The position numbers and the translations under genes are program-made. The notes under the pieces are model-generated. The model was not told the origin of the DNA and did no database searches. It saw only the letters and a list, made by a program, of their open reading frames with translations. This document shows, one piece after another, positions 25,373 through 37,836 of a stretch of DNA of 64,000 nucleotides. The stretch lies in assembly GCA_964057225.1 (NCBI GenBank), contig OZ059894.1, forward strand, positions 8,246,001 to 8,310,000, given 5' to 3'. Every line of letters starts with the position of its first letter. The stretch's first letter is position 1. This DNA is from Auanema rhodensis (Eukaryota > Animalia > Nematoda).

Positions 25373-25473
25373 AAATATTTTTGGTTTCCACAGTTCCAAT
25401 TAAGCTTCAAATCAAGCAAAATTAAAATTTTTATTCATCTACTCACGATCTCATTCATAAATTTTCTAGAAGG

Positions 25474-25810
25474 CGTTCCATTCGGAAATCAATACGTAGC
25501 AGGTGGGTTAGAATCAGACGACATGAGGCTGAGAGAGGACGACACGCCCTTCATATGGAACACAGACTTCAGCTTTGCCTTATGGAATGACTATGGATGG
25601 TTGGTCTTCCTTTCTTAGCTCTCTTTCACTTTATATCTTTATGTAGACTTATATAACTTATTGTAATCATGTAGACATAATAAACCTTTCTTTCTCGAGT
25701 CTTATGTTTATCCATTATGCTCTTTATCTACCGCTACATCTGGAATACTATCACACTCATCTTGTAGGCTTTATTGGTCTATAGGATCGACGTGAGAGCA
25801 TAACGGAACG
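25474..25810 (+). mobile_element. Solo LTR (337 bp)
   Basis: Same sequence as 21905-22241, AAGG on both sides, no PBS or internal sequence. Confidence 0.96.
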
Positions 25811-25911
25811 AAGGATTGGATAAGATAGACCAGAACATCAGAAAATATGGATCATTGACTGATCTAAAACAGAAGTAGAACCTTCACAAGTCTAGATTGT
25901 TGAGTATATGT

Positions 25912-25931
25912 GCTTCCGTGGCGCAATAGGC

Positions 25932-25967
<36 letters not shown>

Positions 25968-26190
25968 GAGCCCACCCGGGAGCGAAATATTTTTCGTTTC
26001 CACAGTTCAAATTAAGCAAAATTAAAATTTTAATTCATCTACTTACGATCTCATTCATAAATTTTCTAGAAGGATTGGATAAGATAGACCAGAACATCAG
26101 AAAATATGGATCATTGACTGATCTAAAACAGAAGTAGAAACTTCACAAGTCTAGATTGTTGAGAGTATGTGCTTCCGTGGCGCAAAAGGC

Positions 26191-26226
<36 letters not shown>

Positions 26227-26732
26227 GAGCCCACCCGGGAGCGAAACATTTTTGATTTCCACAGTTCAAATTAAGCTTCAAATTGAGCAAAATTAAAATT
26301 TTAATTCCTCTACTTACGATCTCATTCATAAATTTTCTAGAAGGATTGGATAAGATAGACCAGAACATCAGAAAATATGGATCATTGACTGATCTAAAAC
26401 AGAAGTAGAAACTTCACAAGTCTAGATTGTTGAGTATATGTGCTTCCGTGGCGCAATAGGCAGCGCGTTCGGCTGTTAACCGAAAGGTTAGTGGTTCGAG
26501 CCCACCCGGGAGCGAAATATTTTTGGTTTCCACAGTTCCAATTAAGCTTCAAATCAAGCAAAATTAAAATTTCAATTCATCTACTTACGATCTCATTCAT
26601 AAATTTTCTAGAAGGATTGGATAAGATAGACCAGAACATCAGAAAATATGGATCATTGACTGATCTAAAACAGAAGTAGAAACTTCACAAGTCTAGATTG
26701 TTGAGTATATGTGCTTCCGTGGCGCAATAGGC

Positions 26733-26768
<36 letters not shown>

Positions 26769-26991
26769 GAGCCCACCCGGGAGCGAAATATTTTTGGTTT
26801 CCACAGTTCCAATTAAGCGAAATTAAAATTTTAATTCATCTACTCACGATCTCATTCATAAATTTTCTAGAAGGATTGGATAAGATAGACCAGAACATCA
26901 GAAAATATGGATCATTGACTGATCTAAAACAGAAGTAGAACCTTCACAAGTCTAGATTGTTGAGTATATGTGCTTCCGTGGCGCAATAGGC

Positions 26992-27027
<36 letters not shown>

Positions 27028-27250
27028 GAGCCCACCCGGGAGCGAAATATTTTTGGTTTCCACAGTTCCAATTAAGCGAAATTAAAATTTTAATTCATCT
27101 ACTTGCGATCTCATTCATAAATTTTCTAGAAGGATTGGATAAGATAGACCAGAACATCAGAAAATATGGATCATTGACTGATCTAAAACAGAAGTAGAAA
27201 CATCACAAGTTTAGATTGTTGAGTATATGTGCTTCCGTGGCGCAATAGGC

Positions 27251-27286
<36 letters not shown>

Positions 27287-27521
27287 GAGCCCACCCGGGA
27301 GCGAAATATTTTTGGTTTCCACAGTTCCAATTAAGCTTCAAATCAAGCAAAATTAAAATTTTTATTCATCTACTCACGATCTCATTCATAAATTTTCTAG
27401 AAGGATTGGATAAGATAGACCAGAACATCAGAAAATATGGATCATTGACTGATCTAAAACAGAAGTAGAAACTTCACAAGTCTAGATTGTTGAGTATATG
27501 TGCTTCCGTGGCGCAATAGGC

Positions 27522-27557
<36 letters not shown>

Positions 27558-27780
27558 GAGCCCACCCGGGAGCGAAATATTTTTCGTTTCCACAGTTCAA
27601 ATTAAGCAAAATTAAAATTTTAATTCATCTACTTACGATCTCATTCATAAATTTTCTAGAAGGATTGGATAAGATAGACCAGAACATCAGAAAATATGGA
27701 TCATTGACTGATCTAAAACAGAAGTAGAAACTTCACAAGTCTAGATTGTTGAGAGTATGTGCTTCCGTGGCGCAAAAGGC

Positions 27781-27816
<36 letters not shown>

Positions 27817-28051
27817 GAGCCCACCCGGGAGCGAAACATTTTTGATTTCCACAGTTCAAATTAAGCTTCAAATTGAGCAAAATTAAAATTTTAATTCCTC
27901 TACTTACGATCTCATTTATAAATTTTCTAGAAGGATTGGATAAGATAGACCAGAACATCAGAAAATATGGATCATTGACTGATCTAAAACAGAAGTAGAA
28001 ACTTCACAAGTCTAGATTGTTGAGTATATGTGCTTCCGTGGCGCAATAGGC

Positions 28052-28087
<36 letters not shown>

Positions 28088-28322
28088 GAGCCCACCCGGG
28101 AGCGAAATATTTTTGGTTTCCACAGTTCCAATTAAGCTTCAAATCAAGCAAAATTAAAATTTCAATTCATCTACTTACGATCTCATTCATAAATTTTCTA
28201 GAAGGATTGGATAAGATAGACCAGAACATCAGAAAATATGGATCATTGACTGATCTAAAACAGAAGTAGAAACTTCACAAGTCTAGATTGTTGAGTATAT
28301 GTGCTTCCGTGGCGCAATAGGC

Positions 28323-28358
<36 letters not shown>

Positions 28359-28581
28359 GAGCCCACCCGGGAGCGAAATATTTTTGGTTTCCACAGTTCC
28401 AATTAAGCGAAATTAAAATTTTAATTCATCTACTCACGATCTCATTCATAAATTTTCTAGAAGGATTGGATAAGATAGACCAGAACATCAGAAAATATGG
28501 ATCATTGACTGATCTAAAACAGAAGTAGAACCTTCACAAGTCTAGATTGTTGAGTATATGTGCTTCCGTGGCGCAATAGGC

Positions 28582-28617
<36 letters not shown>

Positions 28618-28840
28618 GAGCCCACCCGGGAGCGAAATATTTTTGGTTTCCACAGTTCCAATTAAGCGAAATTAAAATTTTAATTCATCTACTTGCGATC
28701 TCATTCATAAATTTTCTAGAAGGATTGGATAAGATAGACCAGAACATCAGAAAATATGGATCATTGACTGATCTAAAACAGAAGTAGAAACTTCACAAGT
28801 CTAGATTGTTGAGTATATGTGCTTCCGTGGCGCAATAGGC

Positions 28841-28876
<36 letters not shown>

Positions 28877-29111
28877 GAGCCCACCCGGGAGCGAAATATT
28901 TTTGGTTTCCACAGTTCCAATTAAGCTTCAAATCAAGCAAAATTAAAATTTTTATTCATCTACTCACGATCTCATTCATAAATTTTCTAGAAGGATTGGA
29001 TAAGATAGACCAGAACATCAGAAAATATGGATCATTGACTGATCTAAAACAGAAGTAGAACCTTCACAAGTCTAGATTGTTGAGTATATGTGCTTCCGTG
29101 GCGCAATAGGC

Positions 29112-29147
<36 letters not shown>

Positions 29148-29370
29148 GAGCCCACCCGGGAGCGAAATATTTTTCGTTTCCACAGTTCAAATTAAGCAAA
29201 ATTAAAATTTTAATTCATCTACTTACGATCTCATTCATAAATTTTCTAGAAGGATTGGATAAGATAGACCAGAACATCAGAAAATATGGATCATTGACTG
29301 ATCTAAAACAGAAGTAGAAACTTCACAAGTCTAGATTGTTGAGAGTATGTGCTTCCGTGGCGCAAAAGGC

Positions 29371-29406
<36 letters not shown>

Positions 29407-29423
29407 GAGCCCACCCGGGAGCG
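25912..29423 (+). tRNA. trnN-GTT: Block of 14 tRNA-Asn(GTT) genes
   Basis: Manual count; the next copy (29622) is interrupted by an LTR element. Confidence 0.95.
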
Positions 29424-29641
29424 AAACATTTTTGATTTCCACAGTTCAAATTAAGCTTCAAATTGAGCAAAATTAAAATTTTAATTCCTCTACTTACGAT
29501 CTCATTCATAAATTTTCTAGAAGGATTGGATAAGATAGACCAGAACATCAGAAAATATGGATCATTGACTGATCTAAAACAGAAGTAGAAACTTCACAAG
29601 TCTAGATTGTTGAGTATATGTGCTTCCGTGGCGCAATAGGC

Positions 29642-29677
<36 letters not shown>

Positions 29678-30106
29678 GAGCCCACCCGGGTATCGCGAAT
29701 GCGATTATTCATCATTCAATCGATGCAATCTCATCACGTTGGCTGATGAGATTCACGGGCACTCTGTTTTTATACCACCGTCGCGGACGGTCGCTTTTCT
29801 CTCTCCTCGTTGCTGTCTTTATCTTATGACTCATCTAGTCTGAACCACCGTTTTATCCTTGTCCTTTAGTAAGACTATCTCTAGTCTCATTAGTGATGTA
29901 TATCTAGTCTTATTACATTCACTCTAGTCTTCTATGTACTTTATCTAGTCTTATTATATATCTTCTAGTCCTTATATTCTGTATTTTGTATATCTGAATG
30001 GCATATGAATGAATCTTTCTTCCTCTAATAGTCTTTTATGTTAACAGGGCATAGAATAGAAAGTGTGAACCTGGGAGGCTATTTGAAGAGCCCTTTATCT
30101 TCAAAA

Positions 30107-30124
30107 TGGTGCATCGGCCGGGAA
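30107..30124 (+). promoter_or_regulatory. Primer-binding site, tRNA-Gly
   Basis: TGGTGCATCGGCCGGGAA is complementary to the tRNA-Gly(GCC) 3' end TTCCCGGCCGATGCA-CCA. Confidence 0.9.
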
Positions 30125-30431
30125 ACATGTGTAGAGTACAACCCAAATACTCCCAACTTCACCATAGTATTTCCGGCTCATGTTGTATTGCATGACCACA
30201 CATTCATCTCACGACATATTATCGATAAAAATGACACATTTGCATTGCATCAACTTGATTGTCCAGCAACTCCGTTTTGCGATATGATTCAATGTCTGTT
30301 CTGTCTTGAACTACTCCACAACCCATCTTGTTTCCCATACGCAGCACTCTCGGCGACCGCACTCATCATATGGCTCATTCTATTTAGTATTCTTTTAAGC
30401 ATCATAGTCATTCGAATTTGTTCTAAAAAAT
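30125..30431 (+). pseudogene. C-terminal fragment of a phlebovirus-like Gn glycoprotein plus TM helix
   Basis: CPATPFCDMIQCLFCLELLHNPSC followed by a hydrophobic stretch. 5'-truncated at the PBS and out of frame with Gc. Confidence 0.75.
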
Positions 30432-32339
30432 TTGTTCATATTGCACAATACACCCCTTTTTTCCGTTTGGCGTATGATCACTCAATGTCTCCCCTCTCAT
30501 ATAAGATCTCATATCTCTATTCAGGAAGAACGATCGGTACTCGAGTACGTCCCGCTCAGTTCTCACAAGCTACCTCGATGGCAGAAGTCTACACCCTCAC
30601 AACGATCACGACAACGTGACCGATTAGTTCACCGAGTCGGGTATCTTTTTGTTGCAATAATCGTCATTTTTTTGATTGAATCTCTTGTAGTTAATGCATG
30701 TACTATTGTTCCTCCGAGTATATCACATGTTCCAGGCAACTCCGTCTCGAACTTATCACCTACCCACCAAGTCAACCAAGTCAGCAGCTCCACCACCCTC
30801 CATACTTACGATAATGAGGTATGTTTTACAACTTCACATTCAAACCGATCATACGCCAATCCCCTCACGAACTCACACCTGCGCATCAAACTTATGTATA
30901 CACGTATACTGTGCACGAAAGTATCCTTATTTTTTACACGTCACACCATCGTAAAAACTGAATCCGCAAAACGGTGTCCCCATATGGGCTCTTGTGTAGG
31001 ATCGTTTTGTGCGAACGTTCGACCCAATACATCAATCTCAGAACTCTCATTAGCCAACCAATATCCAGGTACCAGCTATTGTTCAGAAAGCTGTGGATTT
31101 CTATCATGCGGTTGTGCGTTGCCAACTTCTGGTTGTCTCTTCTATCGCAACTTTCATGTTCCCAATGACAATATCACCCACGAAGTTTTCTACTGCTCAC
31201 GATGGACACCTAGGGTTTTTCTCCAGATTAGCATCCATACAGCTATTGAAAACAAAACTGAAACGATCTCGCACGTCCCCTTTTTACCACACTCTACAAA
31301 AATCATTAACGGGTACCATATTACTCTTGGGAGAATAACATATTCTGATAATGAAATCCTCCATAGACGATACATTACTTCCGACTCGAGAATTGCAGTT
31401 TTACCTCACTCTGCTACATTTTCATACTCGTGCGGAAAAGTTAAAACCGCTGACCCATTCTCCGAATGCACTGCAACAGACACATGTTCATGCAGACCAG
31501 CCGAAACAGTCGAAAATTGCTATTGTCAGGACAACAATCCTAACAAACTCTATACTAATAACTACACCCTACCATTATCTCTTCCATCTCTGACCATGAT
31601 CCCAAAAAACAATCTCATTTTTGCTCATCCCATAAGCGCTGTTGACATTAAAATGTGGACAAATATCTCAGATGTCACTTATGAATACGACGATAGTCCT
31701 ACTATTTGCGAACTAAAATCCAAAGACCTAGTTGGATGTTTTGACTGTGTTACTGGAGCAACAACAATCATTACTTGCATCAGTACATCATCCCACATTC
31801 GAATTTCGTGCGACGATGAAGAATTTCTGCTTACATGCAATTCTCAGGGTTACAACAACTCTATTCGCATACACAGCAATTTTTCAACACCGTCTATAAC
31901 GTGTACTCATCCGTGTACTTCCGCCACATTACATCTCAAAGGCAACTTGTACTACGTGAACGAATACATAGGTTTTGAACAGTCCACTCATCAGATTACA
32001 AACAGTTCATTCAGTCTCCTGAACGTCGAGTTTACCATACCGAGCTTTTTTGTACCCACTCACTTAATCAGCTCACTTGTTTCGTTTTACTCGGACTACC
32101 TTAAAACGATTGTAATACTATTGAGTGTTTTGATCACAGTACTCGGCTTTGTAACCGCCGTAATTGACCGCGTCTTCCAGTTGTCAAGTACACCCGCTCT
32201 CTTAGCATATTTACCCATACAAATACTTATTATCTTCGCAATTCCTTTTCGCATCATTTTTTTCACAATTCATTTGTTGTTCAAGATTGTAGTTCGAGCC
32301 AGTCATAGCGCAGTGGCTAAGGGTACACACTCTCAGTGA
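30432..32339 (+). CDS. env: Phlebovirus-like Gc (class II fusion) envelope glycoprotein
   Basis: Internal signal (YLFVAIIVIFLIESLVVNAC), RCPHMGSC, CSESCGFLSCGCALPTSGCLFYR fusion-loop region, GCFDCVTGA, C-terminal TM segments. True start uncertain. Confidence 0.88.
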   Translation: MFILHNTPLFSVWRMITQCLPSHIRSHISIQEERSVLEYVPLSSHKLPRWQKSTPSQRSRQRDRLVHRVGYLFVAIIVIFLIESLVVNACTIVPPSISHVPGNSVSNLSPTHQVNQVSSSTTLHTYDNEVCFTTSHSNRSYANPLTNSHLRIKLMYTRILCTKVSLFFTRHTIVKTESAKRCPHMGSCVGSFCANVRPNTSISELSLANQYPGTSYCSESCGFLSCGCALPTSGCLFYRNFHVPNDNITHEVFYCSRWTPRVFLQISIHTAIENKTETISHVPFLPHSTKIINGYHITLGRITYSDNEILHRRYITSDSRIAVLPHSATFSYSCGKVKTADPFSECTATDTCSCRPAETVENCYCQDNNPNKLYTNNYTLPLSLPSLTMIPKNNLIFAHPISAVDIKMWTNISDVTYEYDDSPTICELKSKDLVGCFDCVTGATTIITCISTSSHIRISCDDEEFLLTCNSQGYNNSIRIHSNFSTPSITCTHPCTSATLHLKGNLYYVNEYIGFEQSTHQITNSSFSLLNVEFTIPSFFVPTHLISSLVSFYSDYLKTIVILLSVLITVLGFVTAVIDRVFQLSSTPALLAYLPIQILIIFAIPFRIIFFTIHLLFKIVVRASHSAVAKGTHSQ

Positions 32340-32370
32340 TTGATGACGGGTTCAATACCCAGTGAGTCCT
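32299..32370 (+). ncRNA. Degenerate tRNA-like / Pol III A+B box cassette
   Basis: TAGCGCAGTGG (A box, 32306) and GGTTCAATACC (B box, 32349) at tRNA-like spacing, T-runs downstream, imperfect stems. Confidence 0.5.
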
Positions 32371-32476
32371 CGATTTATTTTCTCGATTTCTTAGTTCCCT
32401 ATCATAGCAAACGATTGTTCAATTTGATTTACACCAATCCTACACAATTTATCATTTCGCCGGGGGGAGGTATACT

Positions 32477-32896
32477 ATGTATAAAAACCATCATTATTTC
32501 AGTCTTGATAACATCAAAGAATGGAGCGATTCCCTTGATCAACTCCAGGATAACGGCAACGCAAAGATGCCTAACAAAAGTCAGAATATGTCTGCACCAA
32601 AAAAGCAGAACAACTCTAAAGTGAAGTACAGAAAAATGGAAGAAGACATGAAATGTCAACTCTGTTGGAAGAAGGGCCACACCATGGGAAAATGCACAGT
32701 CTACAAGACTGCAGCACAACGCGTCAAGCGTTGCAAGTTGATCAACATGTGCTTGAAGTGTTTGCGGAACCACTTTGGAAAACCGTGTGTGGAGAAGATG
32801 AAGAAAATATGTCATGTGTGCAAAGGAAGCGGACTGGACCACGATCATCCTGGTGTATTATGCAAGCTGCAGTTTGCGGAGGAATTAGCAGAATGA
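32477..32896 (+). CDS. Small basic triple zinc-knuckle protein (BEL/Pao Gag NC-like), downstream of env
   Basis: CQLCWKKGHTMGKC, CLKCLRNHFGKPC, CHVCKGSGLDHDHPGVLC; Lys-rich. Confidence 0.75.
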   Translation: MYKNHHYFSLDNIKEWSDSLDQLQDNGNAKMPNKSQNMSAPKKQNNSKVKYRKMEEDMKCQLCWKKGHTMGKCTVYKTAAQRVKRCKLINMCLKCLRNHFGKPCVEKMKKICHVCKGSGLDHDHPGVLCKLQFAEELAE

Positions 32897-33552
32897 AATC
32901 AGTTCTGATTTCTCTCTCTTGGCCCGGAATATCGCGAATGCGATTATTCATCATTCAATCGATGCAATCTCATCACGTTGGCTGATGAGATTCACGGGCA
33001 CTCTGTTTTTATACCACCGTCGCGGACGGTCGCTTTTCTCTCTCCTCGTTGCTGTCTTTATCTTATGACTCATCTAGTCTGAACCACCGTTTTATCCTTG
33101 TCCTTTAGTAAGACTATCTCTAGTCTCATTAGTGATGTATATCTAGTCTTATTACATTCACTCTAGTCTTCTATGTACTTTATCTAGTCTTATTATATAT
33201 CTTCTAGTCCTTATATTCTGTATTTTGTATATCTGAATGGCATATGAATGAATCTTTCTTCCTCTAATAGTCTTTTATGTTAACAGGGCATAGAATAGAA
33301 AGTGTGAACCTGGGAGGCTATTTGAAGAGCCCTTTATCTTCAAAACCGGGAGCGAAATATTTTTGGTTTCCACAGTTCCAATTAAGCTTCAAATCAAGCA
33401 AAATTAAAATTTCAATTCATCTACTTACGATCTCATTCATAAATTTTCTAGAAGGATTGGATAAGATAGACCAGAACATCAGAAAATATGGATCATTGAC
33501 TGATCTAAAACAGAAGTAGAAACTTCACAAGTCTAGATTGTTGAGTATATGT

Positions 33553-33572
33553 GCTTCCGTGGCGCAATAGGC

Positions 33573-33608
<36 letters not shown>

Positions 33609-33843
33609 GAGCCCACCCGGGAGCGAAATATTTTTGGTTTCCACAGTTCCAATTAAGCTTCAAATCAAGCAAAATTAAAATTTCAATTCATCTACTTACG
33701 ATCTCATTCATAAATTTTCTAGAAGGATTGGATAAGATAGACCAGAACATCAGAAAATATGGATCATTGACTGATCTAAAACAGAAGTAGAAACTTCACA
33801 AGTCTAGATTGTTGAGTATATGTGCTTCCGTGGCGCAATAGGC

Positions 33844-33879
<36 letters not shown>

Positions 33880-34102
33880 GAGCCCACCCGGGAGCGAAAT
33901 ATTTTTGGTTTCCACAGTTCCAATTAAGCGAAATTAAAATTTTAATTCATCTACTCACGATCTCATTCATAAATTTTTTAGAAGGATTGGATAAGATAGA
34001 CCAGAACATCAGAAAATATGGATCATTGACTGATCTAAAACAGAAGTAGAACCTTCACAAGTCTAGATTGTTGAGTATATGTGCTTCCGTGGCGCAATAG
34101 GC

Positions 34103-34138
<36 letters not shown>

Positions 34139-34361
34139 GAGCCCACCCGGGAGCGAAATATTTTTGGTTTCCACAGTTCCAATTAAGCGAAATTAAAATT
34201 TTAATTCATCTACTTGCGATCTCATTCATAAATTTTCTAGAAGGATTGGATAAGATAGACCAGAACATCAGAAAATATGGATCATTGACTGATCTAAAAC
34301 AGAAGTAGAAACTTCACAAGTCTAGATTGTTGAGTATATGTGCTTCCGTGGCGCAATAGGC

Positions 34362-34397
<36 letters not shown>

Positions 34398-34632
34398 GAG
34401 CCCACCCGGGAGCGAAATATTTTTGGTTTCCACAGTTCCAATTAAGCTTCAAATCAAGCAAAATTAAAATTTTTATTCATCTACTCACGATCTCATTCAT
34501 AAATTTTCTAGAAGGATTGGATAAGATAGACCAGAACATCAGAAAATATGGATCATTGACTGATCTAAAACAGAAGTAGAACCTTCACAAGTCTAGATTG
34601 TTGAGTATATGTGCTTCCGTGGCGCAATAGGC

Positions 34633-34668
<36 letters not shown>

Positions 34669-34891
34669 GAGCCCACCCGGGAGCGAAATATTTTTCGTTT
34701 CCACAGTTCAAATTAAGCAAAATTAAAATTTTAATTCATCTACTTACGATCTCATTCATAAATTTTCTAGAAGGATTGGATAAGATAGACCAGAACATCA
34801 GAAAATATGGATCATTGACTGATCTAAAACAGAAGTAGAAACTTCACAAGTCTAGATTGTTGAGAGTATGTGCTTCCGTGGCGCAAAAGGC

Positions 34892-34927
<36 letters not shown>

Positions 34928-35162
34928 GAGCCCACCCGGGAGCGAAACATTTTTGATTTCCACAGTTCAAATTAAGCTTCAAATTGAGCAAAATTAAAAT
35001 TTTAATTCCTCTACTTACGATCTCATTCATAAATTTTCTAGAAGGATTGGATAAGATAGACCAGAACATCAGAAAATATGGATCATTGACTGATCTAAAA
35101 CAGAAGTAGAAACTTCACAAGTCTAGATTGTTGAGTATATGTGCTTCCGTGGCGCAATAGGC

Positions 35163-35198
<36 letters not shown>

Positions 35199-35421
35199 GA
35201 GCCCACCCGGGAGCGAAATATTTTTGGTTTCCACAGTTCCAATTAAGCGAAATTAAAATTTTAATTCATCTACTCACGATCTCATTCATAAATTTTTTAG
35301 AAGGATTGGATAAGATAGACCAGAACATCAGAAAATATGGATCATTGACTGATCTAAAACAGAAGTAGAACCTTCACAAGTCTAGATTGTTGAGTATATG
35401 TGCTTCCGTGGCGCAATAGGC

Positions 35422-35457
<36 letters not shown>

Positions 35458-35680
35458 GAGCCCACCCGGGAGCGAAATATTTTTGGTTTCCACAGTTCCA
35501 ATTAAGCGAAATTAAAATTTTAATTCATCTACTTGCGATCTCATTCATAAATTTTCTAGAAGGATTGGATAAGATAGACCAGAACATCAGAAAATATGGA
35601 TCATTGACTGATCTAAAACAGAAGTAGAAACTTCACAAGTCTAGATTGTTGAGTATATGTGCTTCCGTGGCGCAATAGGC

Positions 35681-35716
<36 letters not shown>

Positions 35717-35951
35717 GAGCCCACCCGGGAGCGAAATATTTTTGGTTTCCACAGTTCCAATTAAGCTTCAAATCAAGCAAAATTAAAATTTTTATTCATC
35801 TACTCACGATCTCATTCATAAATTTTCTAGAAGGATTGGATAAGATAGACCAGAACATCAGAAAATATGGATCATTGACTGATCTAAAACAGAAGTAGAA
35901 CCTTCACAAGTCTAGATTGTTGAGTATATGTGCTTCCGTGGCGCAATAGGC

Positions 35952-35987
<36 letters not shown>

Positions 35988-36210
35988 GAGCCCACCCGGG
36001 AGCGAAATATTTTTCGTTTCCACAGTTCAAATTAAGCAAAATTAAAATTTTAATTCATCTACTTACGATCTCATTCATAAATTTTCTAGAAGGATTGGAT
36101 AAGATAGACCAGAACATCAGAAAATATGGATCATTGACTGATCTAAAACAGAAGTAGAAACTTCACAAGTCTAGATTGTTGAGAGTATGTGCTTCCGTGG
36201 CGCAAAAGGC

Positions 36211-36246
<36 letters not shown>

Positions 36247-36481
36247 GAGCCCACCCGGGAGCGAAACATTTTTGATTTCCACAGTTCAAATTAAGCTTCA
36301 AATTGAGCAAAATTAAAATTTTAATTCCTCTACTTACGATCTCATTCATAAATTTTCTAGAAGGATTGGATAAGATAGACCAGAACATCAGAAAATATGG
36401 ATCATTGACTGATCTAAAACAGAAGTAGAAACTTCACAAGTCTAGATTGTTGAGTATATGTGCTTCCGTGGCGCAATAGGC

Positions 36482-36517
<36 letters not shown>

Positions 36518-36752
36518 GAGCCCACCCGGGAGCGAAATATTTTTGGTTTCCACAGTTCCAATTAAGCTTCAAATCAAGCAAAATTAAAATTTCAATTCAT
36601 CTACTTACGATCTCATTCATAAATTTTCTAGAAGGATTGGATAAGATAGACCAGAACATCAGAAAATATGGATCATTGACTGATCTAAAACAGAAGTAGA
36701 AACTTCACAAGTCTAGATTGTTGAGTATATGTGCTTCCGTGGCGCAATAGGC

Positions 36753-36788
<36 letters not shown>

Positions 36789-37011
36789 GAGCCCACCCGG
36801 GAGCGAAATATTTTTGGTTGCCACAGTTCCAATTAAGCGAAATTAAAATTTTAATTCATCTACTCACGATCTCATTCATAAATTTTCTAGAAGGATTGGA
36901 TAAGATAGACCAGAACATCAGAAAATATGGATCATTGACTGATCTAAAACAGAAGTAGAACCTTCACAAGTCTAGATTGTTGAGTATATGTGCTTCCGTG
37001 GCGCAATAGGC

Positions 37012-37047
<36 letters not shown>

Positions 37048-37270
37048 GAGCCCACCCGGGAGCGAAATATTTTTGGTTTCCACAGTTCCAATTAAGCGAA
37101 ATTAAAATTTTAATTCATCTACTTGCGATCTCATTCATAAATTTTCTAGAAGGATTGGATAAGATAGACCAGAACATCAGAAAATATGGATCATTGACTG
37201 ATCTAAAACAGAAGTAGAAACTTCACAAGTCTAGATTGTTGAGTATATGTGCTTCCGTGGCGCAATAGGC

Positions 37271-37306
<36 letters not shown>

Positions 37307-37541
37307 GAGCCCACCCGGGAGCGAAATATTTTTGGTTTCCACAGTTCCAATTAAGCTTCAAATCAAGCAAAATTAAAATTTTTATTCATCTACTCACGAT
37401 CTCATTCATAAATTTTCTAGAAGGATTGGATAAGATAGACCAGAACATCAGAAAATATGGATCATTGACTGATCTAAAACAGAAGTAGAACCTTCACAAG
37501 TCTAGATTGTTGAGTATATGTGCTTCCGTGGCGCAATAGGC

Positions 37542-37577
<36 letters not shown>

Positions 37578-37800
37578 GAGCCCACCCGGGAGCGAAATAT
37601 TTTTCGTTTCCACAGTTCAAATTAAGCAAAATTAAAATTTTAATTCATCTACTTACGATCTCATTCATAAATTTTCTAGAAGGATTGGATAAGATAGACC
37701 AGAACATCAGAAAATATGGATCATTGACTGATCTAAAACAGAAGTAGAAACTTCACAAGTCTAGATTGTTGAGAGTATGTGCTTCCGTGGCGCAAAAGGC

Positions 37801-37836
<36 letters not shown>

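Larger units (their letters stand above)
29691..33345 (+). mobile_element. Non-autonomous BEL/Pao-type (Belpaoviridae-like) LTR element carrying env but no gag/pol, inserted in a tRNA-Asn gene
   Basis: 416-bp LTRs at 29691-30106 and 32930-33345, 5-bp TSD CCGGG (29686-29690 / 33346-33350), 18-nt tRNA-Gly PBS, phlebovirus-like env, triple Cys/His ORF. The family call is indirect because there is no RT. Confidence 0.88.
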
